From: Eledone cirrhosa
Lineage: Eukaryota
Direction: 5' to 3'
DNA length: 64,000 nucleotides
NCBI GenBank assembly: GCA_964016885.1
Contig: OZ024740.1
Location: 306,404,001-306,468,000, forward strand
Each line of letters starts with the position of its first letter. Positions within the stretch are counted from its first letter, which is position 1. Positions 51,199 to 62,705 of the stretch are shown here, in pieces. The position numbers and the translations under genes are program-made. Under the pieces are notes generated by a model, which searched no databases, was not told the origin of the DNA, and saw only the letters and a program-made list of their open reading frames with translations.

Positions 51199-51557
51199 TT
51201 GTGGAATAAAGTGCCTTGCTCAAGGAAACAACACATCACCTGGTCTGAGAATTGAACTCACAACCTTTTAATTGCAAGGCCAAGCTCTAACCACTAAGCT
51301 TGTGTTGTTTCCTTGAGCAAGACGCTTTATTGCACATTGCTCCAGTTTACTCAGCTGTAGAAATTAGATGATAGGACTGGGGTCCATATCATTCCACTGC
51401 AAAGTGGTCGTGGAGGTGCCACGGCAAAAAAGCACCCAGCTCACACTGTAAATGAGGTTGGTGTTAGGAAGGGAATCCAGCTGTAGAAATCAAGCCAGAA
51501 TCAATTCCCGTCCCACCCTTGCAAGCAGGGAAAAGTGGACGTAAAATGATGATGATG
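51199..51557 (+). mobile_element. tRNA-SINE with RTE tail and inverted 5' head
   Basis: 51199-51299 is the reverse-complemented head; 51301-51557 is the forward body and tail. Confidence 0.8.
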
Positions 51558-51651
51558 AATGATGATATATTTAAGTATGGTACCAGGAAAAACAGGAAGA
51601 ACTAATCAGAAGGAGAAATTTATTGAGTGTTCAATCTTGTATATATATATA

Positions 51652-52242
51652 CACATAAAAAAGATCAATACTAGAAGGTTAAACGAAAACACTAAAAACT
51701 TAAGTACAAAAAACACAAAAAAAACAGTAGACAATACACTACAGAACATCAATAAACCACACCTAAGTTCGTCCGCAATACTACTCCAGAGAAAACCCAA
51801 CGTACACAACTGTAACTGCACCTATCCTGACAACTGCCCCGTCGGCAATAACTGCCTGGAAAAAAATATTATTTATAAGTGTACCATTAAATCCGGAGGC
51901 AATGAGTGGTATTACGTGGGATCAACGGCAACATCGTTTAAATCTCGATTGTATAGGCATTCTTACTCAATAAAACACCAGAGCCAAAGAAATGTAACAA
52001 CTTTAGCAGAAAAAGCTTGGACGCTCAGGGATAGCGATCAAAAGTTTACCCTAAAATGGGAGAAATTAGCTAAAACCCAAAGCTTTTCCAGGAGCCAAAA
52101 TTTCTGCAAATTGTGTAATCTTGAGATTTATTACATAATCACACACAAGAAGAAACTGCTGAATAACAGAATTGAACGAACATTATTCTGCCGTCACAGA
52201 ACTAAAACCCTTTTTTCCCACTACAAGCCGAATATTACATAA
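51652..52242 (+). CDS. 5'-truncated Penelope-like element ORF: Cys linker + GIY-YIG endonuclease (Naiad-type)
   Basis: CNC-x5-CP-x4-C, NIIY...YYVG, FKSRLYRH, LKW, CKLC-x2-E, LLN, CRH. Uninterrupted frame, but the RT part is missing and the listed start at 51559 is probably fortuitous. Confidence 0.85.
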   Translation, partial: HIKKINTRRLNENTKNLSTKNTKKTVDNTLQNINKPHLSSSAILLQRKPNVHNCNCTYPDNCPVGNNCLEKNIIYKCTIKSGGNEWYYVGSTATSFKSRLYRHSYSIKHQSQRNVTTLAEKAWTLRDSDQKFTLKWEKLAKTQSFSRSQNFCKLCNLEIYYIITHKKKLLNNRIERTLFCRHRTKTLFSHYKPNIT

Positions 52243-52513
52243 AAGAGGGACATCCCCCAACTATATAAACCTTAATCTAGTTAGAAAAATATAAAAACAA
52301 TCTCTTCTCAACATATATTAATAACCTTAAATTACCACACTAATAATGGAAAGATATGCTGATGAGAATAGGTGCAAATATGCGATAATGAATGTGTCTA
52401 AAAACGTCCATAAGTATGAATATATATGTGAAAATGTATATAAATAAGTAAATATATATATATATGTTTGATGTGTATAGTTAGATGTAAATGTATTCAT
52501 GTATTAAAGTGCT

Positions 52514-52571
<58 letters not shown>

Positions 52572-53127
52572 ATATGTGTATATAGATATGTATGTATGTG
52601 TATGTGTGTACACATGGACTAGAGTATGTATGTATATATGTGTGTGTCTATACGTGTGTATATAAAGATAAGTTGAGTATGAAAATGTATACACATGAGC
52701 GCGTATGTAGGTACATGAATACATGTGTGTATATATATGTGTATGCATGTGTATATATATGTAAGTATGAATATGTGAATTGTGAGTATATGTATTTTGT
52801 AGAGGTGTGCAAATATATTTGTGTGTGAATGCGTGGGTGAAAGGATACGTACACTTGAAAGAAAAATTTAAGTCTGAATGTTAATTAAGTGCAAACACAA
52901 AACCAACCACGCATATCTTTACTATCTCTAATCCTTCTATAGATTTAGAAAAATAACCAATAATATATTCTATAAAAAATGTCAAAACAACAGATGGGAA
53001 TCTAATTACTCACTGCCACCAAGAATTCTCACTGCTATCGAAAAACCACTCCTTCAACTATTCTTCTAACAACTTCACCCCTCCCTCCTAATATTCTCTA
53101 TAAAAACTAAATAGGTCCTCAGTAATA

Positions 53128-53247
53128 TTATTCTGATGAAATGACAGTAAATAATAACATTGAAATATTGAATGTCTGCATAACTAAAAGTTTGTAGATA
53201 GCAGCTGTTTTAGGTTATGTAACTGTTATAGAAACACGTGTCAATAA
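53128..53247 (+). ncRNA. Type I hammerhead ribozyme in the PLE 3' region, long stem II insert
   Basis: TTATT CTGATGA A ATGACAGT...ACTGTTAT A GAAA CACGTG TC AATAA; GUC site; overlaps AATAAA. Confidence 0.8.
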
Positions 53248-53281
53248 ATTCCTTTCAACTAAACTGTATCCATTCAAATCT

Positions 53282-53328
<47 letters not shown>

Positions 53329-53332
<4 letters not shown>

Positions 53333-53886
53333 ATGCGCATGAAGGACGATAGCTGTATAACAAAGTGCAGGGCAATAAAGATAGACGGTAGCCACGGAAT
53401 AGGCAGACCCAGAAAAACCTGGGACGAGCTGATAAATTCCGACCTCACACACTTACACCTCACCAAGACAATGTCACTGAACCGAGACCTTTGGCGGTAC
53501 TCAGTAATAGAGAAGACCCGCCTTACCTAAATACAAAGTAAAACCTACTACAGTCACTAGGCATCTCTAACAAAATACACCCCCGCCCCATCCACACCGC
53601 CCCTTTCAATGTAAAGTTATGTTGGTGCCACAACATCCAGGCCGAAACAAATGAGATCGTGTAGGTGTCACGTCAAAAAAACACACAGTTCACGCTGTAA
53701 TGTGGCCGTGTAGGCAACACGATAAAAACCTCCCAGCCCCACACTGTAAATGTGGTTGGTGTTAGGAAGGGCATCCAGCTGTAGAAAACCCGCCAGATAG
53801 TCCTATGCGAGCAAGATAATCACTCTTGCCTCAAGTGGGAAAACCCCCATCCAAACCCATGCAAGCGTGGAACACGGACGTTAAAC

Positions 53887-53918
<32 letters not shown>
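53329..53918 (+). mobile_element. 5'-truncated RTE LINE copy
   Basis: MRMKDDSCITKCRAIKIDG...EKTRLT*, 3' UTR, (GAT)n tail, (TA)n flank. Confidence 0.92.
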
Positions 53919-53919
<1 letters not shown>

Positions 53920-53972
53920 ATATATGACATTACATATAAATATATTATGCATTTTAATTACATGCATATATA

Positions 53973-54158
53973 CAGGGTGAGGCAAAAGTATCACACACAC
54001 TTGATAAGACAACGATAGATGTTATATTGATCAATTACATAGAGTAAACAATATGTAGTAAAATATAACTCTCACCGGCCATATGAAAATTACAGATGAA
54101 AATTTAAAACATGATTAATTAATTAACCTCTATGGTGTGTGACTTTTGCCTCACCCTG
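53973..54158. mobile_element. Tc1/mariner-like MITE
   Basis: TA-CAGGGTGAGGCAAAAGT ... ACTTTTGCCTCACCCTG-TA, perfect 17-bp TIRs. Confidence 0.85.
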
Positions 54159-54469
54159 TATAACATTACAACCAAATCTTTGGTCAAACACATGACATTT
54201 GACAGGGTTGAAATATGTCATCTGGCATGATATATTGTAGAAGTCAATATATCTTTGACATGCAAACATATGAGAACTCAACTCCACTCTGATCTATGAT
54301 AGATGATAGCAAACTCCAAAGATTTACACAGTTTGTAATATTTACACTACAGTCATTCCATATATTTTATTTCCAACCCACTGATGTGTACTGTTGATCA
54401 AAGAACCAAGATGAAAACTGTAGTCTAAGAATATAATCTCTGTTTATCCTACCACACTCACACATATGT

Positions 54470-54636
54470 AGGTATGGCTGTGTGGGGGGTCAAGGAGTTC
54501 ACTTCCCAGGCATGTGGTTTCAGGTTTAGTCCCACTTCATGGCACCTTGGAAAAATATCTTCTTCTGTAGCTATGAGTTGATCAATGCCTTGTGAGTGAA
54601 ATTTGGTAAACGGAAACTGTGCAAAATCTCATTGTA
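54470..54636 (+). mobile_element. Third (CORE-like) tRNA-SINE family, degenerate; also at ~20025-20135 (+) and ~59690-59840 (-)
   Basis: GGTATGGCTGTGTGG head, GGCACCTTGG, tail CCTTGTGAGTGAAATTTGGTAAACGGAAACTG. Confidence 0.6.
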
Positions 54637-55102
54637 TATGTGTGTGTGTGTGAATGTGTATATGTTAATGTATTAGTGTGTGTGTGTGTGTTAGTGAGTG
54701 TGTGTGTGTTAGTGAGTATATGTGTATGTTAGTGAGTGTATGTGTGTGAGTGTATGTGAATGTGTGTGTATGTGAGAGAGAGAGTATATGTGTGTGTGTG
54801 TGTGTGTGTGTCTTAATGTGTGTTTCCCTGTCAATATATATCTATTTCCTATAATTTAGCAATCAACATAAAGAAATCATTAAAATAAGTACCAAACTTG
54901 AAAAAATAAGCACTGGAATCAATATGGTTGCCTAAATCTCTCAATTAAAATATTAGAATAATGTATATATATATATATATATATGTGTGTATATATAGTG
55001 TACCCCCAGCACATACATATATATATAGTGTACCCCCAGCATATATATATAGTGTACCCCCAGCATATATATATATATATATATATATATAGTGTACCCC
55101 CA

Positions 55103-55135
<33 letters not shown>

Positions 55136-55138
<3 letters not shown>

Positions 55139-56088
55139 CAATGATATTAAATAAATGGAAACTATATTTATAAAACCATATTTATTCTATTATATATATT
55201 TCGCGAGGTTGACTTTGCCTTTCATCCTTACGGGGTCGATAAAATAAAGTACCAGTAATGCACTGGGTAATTGCTGGCCTTGTGCCTAAAGTAGAAACAA
55301 TTATATATATTTCAAGGGTACCAAAAACCTTGGTATGCTTTCATCAGATAAAATACAAAGTCTGTTTTATAAATTTTGACATAGCCAAGGAACATACCTT
55401 AACGGTTGAAGTTTTCCTTGGATAGTGGACTTAAAAACAGATTTTTTCAAAATTGTTAAGATGAGTATGCAAATGAATATGTAAATGAGGTTGAGGTATA
55501 TGTTTGAAGAAAACGTTATTTTAGATGGTATGGAGAATTTAGATATGTGTTTGTATGTGTAGGAAAGAAAGAAAAGGAAGAAAAAGAAAAAGGAAAAAAG
55601 AAAAGAAGACCTCGTATTTATGTTAATTTGGGGGAAAAAATTTGAATATTTATCTATATTATGTATATACTTATATGGAGAATTATGTTTGTAAGTATTT
55701 ATCTTATTACAATATTGTAGTAGGTTATATGTATAAATATCTGTATATATTAATAATTGCATATGTATTAGTATTAAAGAGATATAGATAATTTACAATT
55801 ATTAGTTGTTTATAATATGAGTTACGAGGGATATTGATTTTGTGTTAACCTCATTTACATATTCATTTGAATACTCATCTTAACAATTTTGAAAAAATCT
55901 GTTTTTAAGTCCACTATCCAAGGAAAACTTCAACCGTTAAGGTATGTTCCTTGGCTATGTCAAAATTTATAAAACACACTTTGTATTTTATCTGATGAAA
56001 GCATACCAAGGTTTTGGTACTCTTGAAATATATATAATAGAATAAATATGGTTTTAGAAATATAGTTTCCATTTATTTAATAGCATTG
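55136..56088. repeat. Inverted pseudo-LTR pair, each arm carrying a hammerhead; left arm interrupted by a SINE
   Basis: 55136-55494 (minus the SINE at 55203-55300) is the reverse complement of 55846-56088. Confidence 0.85.
55984..56044 (+). ncRNA. Hammerhead ribozyme
   Basis: TATTTTAT CTGATGA AAGCATACCAA-GGTT-TTGGTACTCTT GAAA TATATA TA ATAGAATA, with AATAAA at 56041. Confidence 0.7.
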
Positions 56089-56179
56089 AATATTTACCCC
56101 AGAAAATCTGTTGAGTGCTCTGAATCAGTTATAAACATTTATATTTGTTGAATTACCAACAAATTGAATATCCCTTCTG

Positions 56180-56224
<45 letters not shown>

Positions 56225-56323
56225 TACCCCCAGCATATATATATAAATTAGGCTGCTCAGCCGTTAATATGCATAAGGAAAGTATATACTTTCAGACGTT
56301 CAATCATCTGGCAGAAAGGTATA

Positions 56324-56364
56324 CGATGCTGATGATAGCTAATAAGCTTGAAACTAGTACGTCG
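56324..56364 (+). ncRNA. Minimal hammerhead ribozyme
   Basis: CGATG CTGATGA T AGCT-AATA-AGCT T GAAA CTAG TA CGTCG; palindromic stem III ACTAGT; GUA site. Confidence 0.75.
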
Positions 56365-56649
56365 CCCTTTTGTTCAACACTGACAAAGGGGCGACGATGG
56401 TTGCTTGAACACTGAAAGGTGTAATTCAGGCTGTTTGTTTGTTTACAAACAAACAAAGCGAGCATTATAATAAATGTTCGGTAAACCGATACGTACATAT
56501 ATATATATGTGTGCATGTATGTATATATATACATACTACTGTACGTCTGTATACTTATATTTATGTACGTATACATACATACTTACATTTAAGTATCAGC
56601 CATACGAAGAGTGAGAAATTAAATTTCGTTTCATTCTTTTCCATTTATA

Positions 56650-57717
56650 TATCATCATCATCATCATCATCAACGTTTAACGTCCGTGTTCCACGCTTGC
56701 ATGGGTTTGGACGGGGGTAGTCCCACTTGAGGCAAGAGTGATTGTCTTGCTCGCATAGGACTGTCTGGCAGGTTTTCTACAGTTGGATGCCCTTCCTAAC
56801 ACCAACCACATTTACAGTGTGGGTCTGGGAGGTTTTTACCGTGTTGCCTACACGGCCACATTACAGCGTGGACTGTGTGTTTTTTTGTCGTGACACCTAC
56901 ACGATCTCATTTGTTTCGGCCTCGATGGCGCGGCACCAACATAACTTTACATAGAACGGGGTGGTGTGGATCGGGTGGGGGTGGGGGTGGTGGGACGGGG
57001 TGTATTTTGTTAGAGATGCCTACTGGCTGGAGTAGGTTTTACTATATATTTAGGTAAGGCGGGTCTTCTCTGTTACTGAGTACCGCCAAAGGTCTCGGTC
57101 CAGTGACATTGTCTTGGAGAGGTGTAAGTGTGTGATGTCGGAGTTTATCAGCTCGTCCCAGGTTTTTCTAGGTCTGCCTATTCCGTGACTACCGTCTATC
57201 TTTATTGCCCTGCACTTTGTTATACAGCTATCGACTTTCATGCGCATCACGTGTCCATACCAACGTAGCCTTCTCTCGAGTAAACAACATCTGATCCCTC
57301 TTATCTCTAATTTTTTCCTTAGTTCGTTTATGCTTTGCCGTTCACGTATATTACTGTTACACATCCAGCGGAGCATGCAAGCTTCGTTCCTCTCTAGTCT
57401 GCGTATATCCTCTGCACACAATGCCCAGGTCTCACTGCCATGCAGCATTGCTGTTCGTATGCAGGCATCGTACAACCTGCCTTTCATTTTTAGTGAGAAC
57501 CCTTTAGCAGCTAATAGTGGTATAAGCTCTCTGAACTTTTTCCAACCAGTTCTGACTCTAGCTACAGTACTTTCAGAGCACCCTCCCCCACTGCTGATTT
57601 TATCGCCCAGGTAACGGAAGCTGTCCACTATTTCTATAGAACCCTCTGCGCAATTGAAAGAGCTAGTAGTTTGTGGGCACTTGCTGCTACTTATTGCACC
57701 AGAGCACCGGCCACATG

Positions 57718-57721
<4 letters not shown>
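56650..57721 (-). mobile_element. 5'-truncated RTE LINE copy, very close to the full-length element
   Basis: ORF 57050..57628 is almost identical to the C-terminus of 825..4079; (GAT)n tail; (TA)n flanks. Confidence 0.95.
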
Positions 57722-57813
<92 letters not shown>

Positions 57814-58214
57814 TGAAAATGTTTTGATTCTAATCTGTGTCTGGTGAGGAGATAGATACCAGAATCAGGTTGATCAAATCAATTAAGACCTTGAGCTATC
57901 ATCGGCAAAACACATTTCATATTCAATAATGAATACTTTCAGGTCTCAAATAATAGGGGTCGGTGGAATAAGTGGGAGAGCAGAATAAGTGGTGTGGGGG
58001 TTGGAATAAGAGGAGAGGGGTTGGAATAAGCATAGGATGGGGGGGGGGGGGAATCGGTAATTTTTCTTGGTTGTCTCAGCTGATTTGTTTGAAAACCAGA
58101 ATTAGTCATTTAGTTTACTTATTGAGACCCCAACCCATTGTATTTATCTTATAACATGGGATTTCTAGTAATGTATTTTTTTATCATGTATAATGTTTTT
58201 TAATGTCTAAAGAA

Positions 58215-58350
58215 AATGAATTGTCACAGGAAGAGCCACTACTTCTCCAAATTGAGAGATCACAGCTCCGATACTATGGGCATGTGCTTAGAATGTCTCA
58301 GGAAAGAATCGCTGGACAGATTTTATGCGCAAATCCAACTGGCAGGAGCA
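58215..58350 (+). pseudogene. Expander/Rex3-like RTE fragment
   Basis: EPLLLQIERSQLRYYGHVLRMSQERIAGQILCANPTGR. Confidence 0.7.
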
Positions 58351-58354
58351 CTTT

Positions 58355-58500
58355 TCTTCTTCTTCTTCTTCTTCTTCTTCTTCTTTTTCTTTTTTTTCTT
58401 TTTCTTTTTCTTCTTCTTCTTCTTCTTTTTCTTTTTCTTCTTCTTCTTCTTTTTCTTCTTCTTCTTCTTCTTCTTCTTCTTCTTCTTCTTCTTCTTCTTC
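58355..58500. repeat. (CTT)n microsatellite
   Basis: Seen directly. Confidence 0.95.
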
Positions 58501-58769
58501 TCCGATGTCTTCAATTACATTATAAGTTCAATGTATTACTGCATTAGAGAGCAAAGGATTTGCAGGTTCACCACTGACATCTAGATGGGCTATTTACTAG
58601 GATTCAAGTAGTGGTTAGCAGCAACTCCTGAGTTTTAGTTTCCTTTTCTCTTCCTTTCATCAAAACTACTGAAGGAGGGTCATATGTGTATATATGTGTA
58701 TATATATATACACACATATATATGTGCGTATACACACACACACTCACACACACACACATATATATATAT

Positions 58770-59150
58770 CATTGTCATCATCATCATCACCATTTAACGT
58801 CCATTTTTCCATGCTAGAATGGGTTAGACAACTTGTCCTGTTGTGAGAAATGCCAGGTCAGGTGACCATGCCTTGCCCACACAGAACTGCTTTTGGCTTG
58901 GTTTCTACAGCTGGATTCCCTTCCTAACGCCAACCACATTTACAGTGTGGGCTGGGTGCTTTTGTTGTGATACCAACATGACCACTTTACAGTGTGGACT
59001 GGGTGCTTTTTGTCGTGATACCTACATGACGACTTTATTGTGTGAGCTGGATGCTTTTTGTCATGACACCATGACAAAAGGTGGGTCTTCTGTATTACTG
59101 CATAGCGCCAGAGATCTCAGTCCTGTATCATCGCCTTTGAGGGGTGCAAT
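58770..59150 (-). mobile_element. Diverged RTE 3' end with extra internal ~42-bp units
   Basis: GATCTCTGGCGCTATGCAGTAATACAGAAGACCC plus tail; three tandem GCACCCAG...CACACTGTAAA-like units. Confidence 0.75.
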
Positions 59151-59303
59151 TGTGCAAGGTCACCTTATACACACACACACACACACATATATATATACAC
59201 ACATTACGTATTAACTTACCTGTATGTGTATATATATATATACAAGCAGGGAAGAGTGGACGTAAAATGATGATGATGATGATTATATATATATATATAT
59301 ATA

Positions 59304-59640
59304 ATGGCTTAGTGGTTAGAGCATTGGCCTTGCAATCGAAAGGTTGTGAGTTCAATTCTCAGACCGGGTGATGTGTTGTTTCCTTGAGCAAGACACTTTA
59401 TTTCACATTGCTCCAGTTTACTCAGCTGTAGAAATGAGATGATAAGGACTGGGGTCTTTATTATTCCACTGCAAAGTGGTCGTGGAGGTGCCACAGCAAA
59501 AAAGAACCCAGCACTCACTGTAAATGAGGTTGGTGTTAGGAAGGGCATCCAGCTGTATAAATCAAGCCAGAATCAGTTCCCGTCCCACCCTTGCAAGCAG
59601 GGAAAAGTGGACGTAAAATGAAATGAAATGAAAAATGAAA
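59304..59640 (+). mobile_element. tRNA-SINE with RTE tail
   Basis: Same family as 18801-19143. Confidence 0.88.
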
Positions 59641-62082
59641 TGATATATATATATATATAAACGGTGATGATGATGATGATGATATACGTACATAATGGAC
59701 TTCTGCAGTTCTTGTTGACCAAATTCCGCTCACTAAACATTAGTCAACTCAAAGTTACAGTAGAAAACACATTAAAGTTGCCATGCAGTGGGATTAAGAC
59801 TGGAACCAAATTTCTCAACTACACAGCCATGCCGGTGCCTGTGCACTTTAACCCTACATGACCCTAATCTATCACCTTTTACTAAGCCACAAGTCACACA
59901 CCATATTTATCTCATTCCTTATCTATATTCTTTATCTCTCCCCTTATCTATATTCCATATGTACTGTTTAGTTTACACACTCCACATTCCATCATTGCTC
60001 TGTATCTATAAAGACTCCATCCCCCCTCTCTCTCTCGCTCTCTGCCACTCACTTCTATCTCTTACCTGAATATCAGTAACAAAAACGTTCATTTATTCTA
60101 GTTCAAAGTCTCCCTTCCTCATCCCTCTACATCTCCTACTTCTAGCATTCAAGGCATACATTTTATTGAGGGTGCTCATCAGAACTTGACTAGAACATAT
60201 TTCATTGATTCCACTGGAATAAACGTCAAATTGTGACTTATGAAAGTAAATACTGTAAATAATTCAATCTGGGATTGTTGAAATATTAGAATTAATAGTG
60301 ATTTATTTTATTAAGAATAGCAGTCAAATTTCCCCGAAACCAATTTCTACTATGCAAAAATAAATAGAAAATAGAATTATTTTTTTTATTTAACAATTTG
60401 TAGCATGATGGTGAATTGGCAGAGTCGTTAGAACGTCAGATAGAATGCTGTGCAGTATTCGTTCCAGCTCTCCACTCTCTGAGTTCAAATCCCACTGAGG
60501 TCAACTTTGCCTGTTATCCGTTTAAGGTTGATAAAAAAAGTATCTGTCTAGTACTGGGGTCAATTCTTCCTCTATATCTCATTCTAACTTCCTTTCTCTG
60601 GAAAAAATCTGCTGTATTGAGGCCTGGAAAGACTCCACCAGGTTTTAAAATGCCCTAGAAATGCTGTATGACAATATGGCACCCCTATGACTCCATCAAA
60701 AGTTATGGGACCATACATATACATATAAACAATAGCGTCATAGGTTACATATTTCCAGAAGACCAATCACTGGTTCAATATATGTCTAGTGGAGAGAGAG
60801 GGGTAAAGGAGAATGTATCTATTCCAATACTGAACACATATCTCCTGTGAATTCATTTGTAAAGCTTTTAATTGAATTTTTACTGTTTGTTACCTTTGGA
60901 AGATGGCACTATTGTTGTTATAGTTATCTGCTAAAAGGATGTAAACAAACATTTGAGAAACTTGTTGAAACTTTATAAAACAGATAAAATGATAAAAAAA
61001 TTATTGCTTAATGGAATTGTGTAAACAAAAACTAGACTTTACACGACACTTAAAAATATTTTAGATATCAAAATATTAAAATTTCATAGAAATAATCTCC
61101 GCTGATGAGAGTTTATATATCTAAACATAATATGTTGATTAAGTGCAATTGTCATCATCATCGTCGACATAAAAACGATGATGATGATGATGATGATAAT
61201 GGTGATGATAATGATGATAATTGCCTTGGCTTATGCATGGAGGTTTTCGATTTTTTCTCATTTCTCAGACATAAAATAGGGGGGGGGGGGGTCGACTTAT
61301 ACATGAGTATATATGGCAATTCCTTTTTAAAGATATATCTCAATAATTTCGCAAATATATCAATTTATTCAATGAGTCAAGATACCATAAGAAGTTCTTA
61401 AACTCCTGGCTAATTAACTAACAATTTTTTCACATTGGGTGAGAGAAGTAAAATAGAGCAGCAACAAAGTTTTATTTATTGAAATATACGTGTACAAAAC
61501 TGATTTAACAAAGTGTACTTCTATAGATAAATATAAAAACATAAACTGAAGTTTACAATAAACTATCAAAATAGTTATTTTTTCTAGTAGCAAAATAACA
61601 AAACTTGAATTACGCACACGCACACACACAAAGGATTTGCAAAGACAAAAAAAGAAATGAAGTGCGAATGTTCCATTAGATGTGTAATCTTAGTGTACAT
61701 GAACAATGAATCACAAATGAGCTGAAAGAAAAGCTGGATATTAGAGGAATCAGATGCTGTGTGCAAGAGAGAAAGTTATAGTAGTTTGATATCATTTCCT
61801 TTCTCTGCTACTCATGTCGTTCATTCACCCACTCTCATATTCAATGTACCATGTCACCTGGGTAAGGAGGAATGTCATTATATTGGTTTAGCTGGTACCT
61901 TCATAGGATTTATATTTAAGAAGGAAACCACCAAAGAGCTGTGTCCATTCTATTCGATAAACTTCCAAGATGGCCAACTGAATACGCACTTGTGTTGTTT
62001 TCTCCCCATTTTTTTTCTTACTTTTGCCGTTCCTTCTTCTCATCAATCTTTACTTTTTACTTATCTTCTATTTCTAACTCTA

Positions 62083-62118
62083 TCTTCTGATGAAGGACTA
62101 GTGTCCGAAACGTTAAGA
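62083..62118 (+). ncRNA. Minimal hammerhead ribozyme (decayed relatives at ~18630 and ~21185)
   Basis: TCTT CTGATGA A GGAC-TAGT-GTCC GAAA CG TT AAGA. Confidence 0.75.
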
Positions 62119-62424
62119 CTCTTTTTTTGCTATTTCAAGCGTTAAACTAATATATTTCTTCCATTTACTGTGCCGTTTGTTTTGTTATTTCTGTTTACCT
62201 TCAACGCACACACACACGTGTGTGTGCGTATATATAGGTTTGTTGGTTCACCACTGGCTGGAACTGGTCATTCCGTATGGTCAATCTTGATGTAATATTA
62301 TGGAGAGTACTCAACGTAATGCAACTCATCCGTCTTCGTTTGTGTAGTTGGTGGTGCGAGTACGAAGTTAATTATTATAAAATAACAGGAGGCTGGACTA
62401 GTGTAAATCCTTGAAAGGTTTATT

Positions 62425-62482
62425 ATACTATGATCATTTCAATGACTGGGTTCAGTATGAATTCGGTGATATCATCAGGTAT
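62425..62482 (-). ncRNA. Hammerhead ribozyme, left arm of inverted pair
   Basis: Reverse complement reads ATAC CTGATGA TATCACCGAATTCA-TAC-TGAACCCAGTCATT GAAA TGATCA TA GTAT. Confidence 0.75.
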
Positions 62483-62581
62483 TCTAAATAAATCAAAGGA
62501 ATATAACAGATAAAATCCAATAGTCGGTCTTCCTCTTGTCTCTGATTTTCAGCCCCATGGATTTTATCTGTTTTATTTCGA

Positions 62582-62639
62582 ATACCTGATGATATCACTG
62601 GATTCATACTGAACCCGGTCATTGAAATGATCATAGTAT
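62582..62639 (+). ncRNA. Hammerhead ribozyme, right arm of inverted pair
   Basis: ATAC CTGATGA TATCACTGGATTCA-TAC-TGAACCCGGTCATT GAAA TGATCA TA GTAT, then AATAAA. Confidence 0.75.
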
Positions 62640-62705
62640 AATAAACCTTTCAAGGATTTACACCAGTCCAGCCTCCTGTTATTTTATAGTTATATATATT
62701 TATAT

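Noticed and set aside
51559-52420. Selenoprotein/SECIS version of the Naiad element
   Set aside because: No in-frame TGA in the surviving ORF and no convincing SECIS hairpin by eye.
44190-57721. Two RTE copies both truncate near the end of the PHD-coding segment
   Set aside because: Only two cases, from different families, and other copies truncate elsewhere; insufficient for a hotspot claim.
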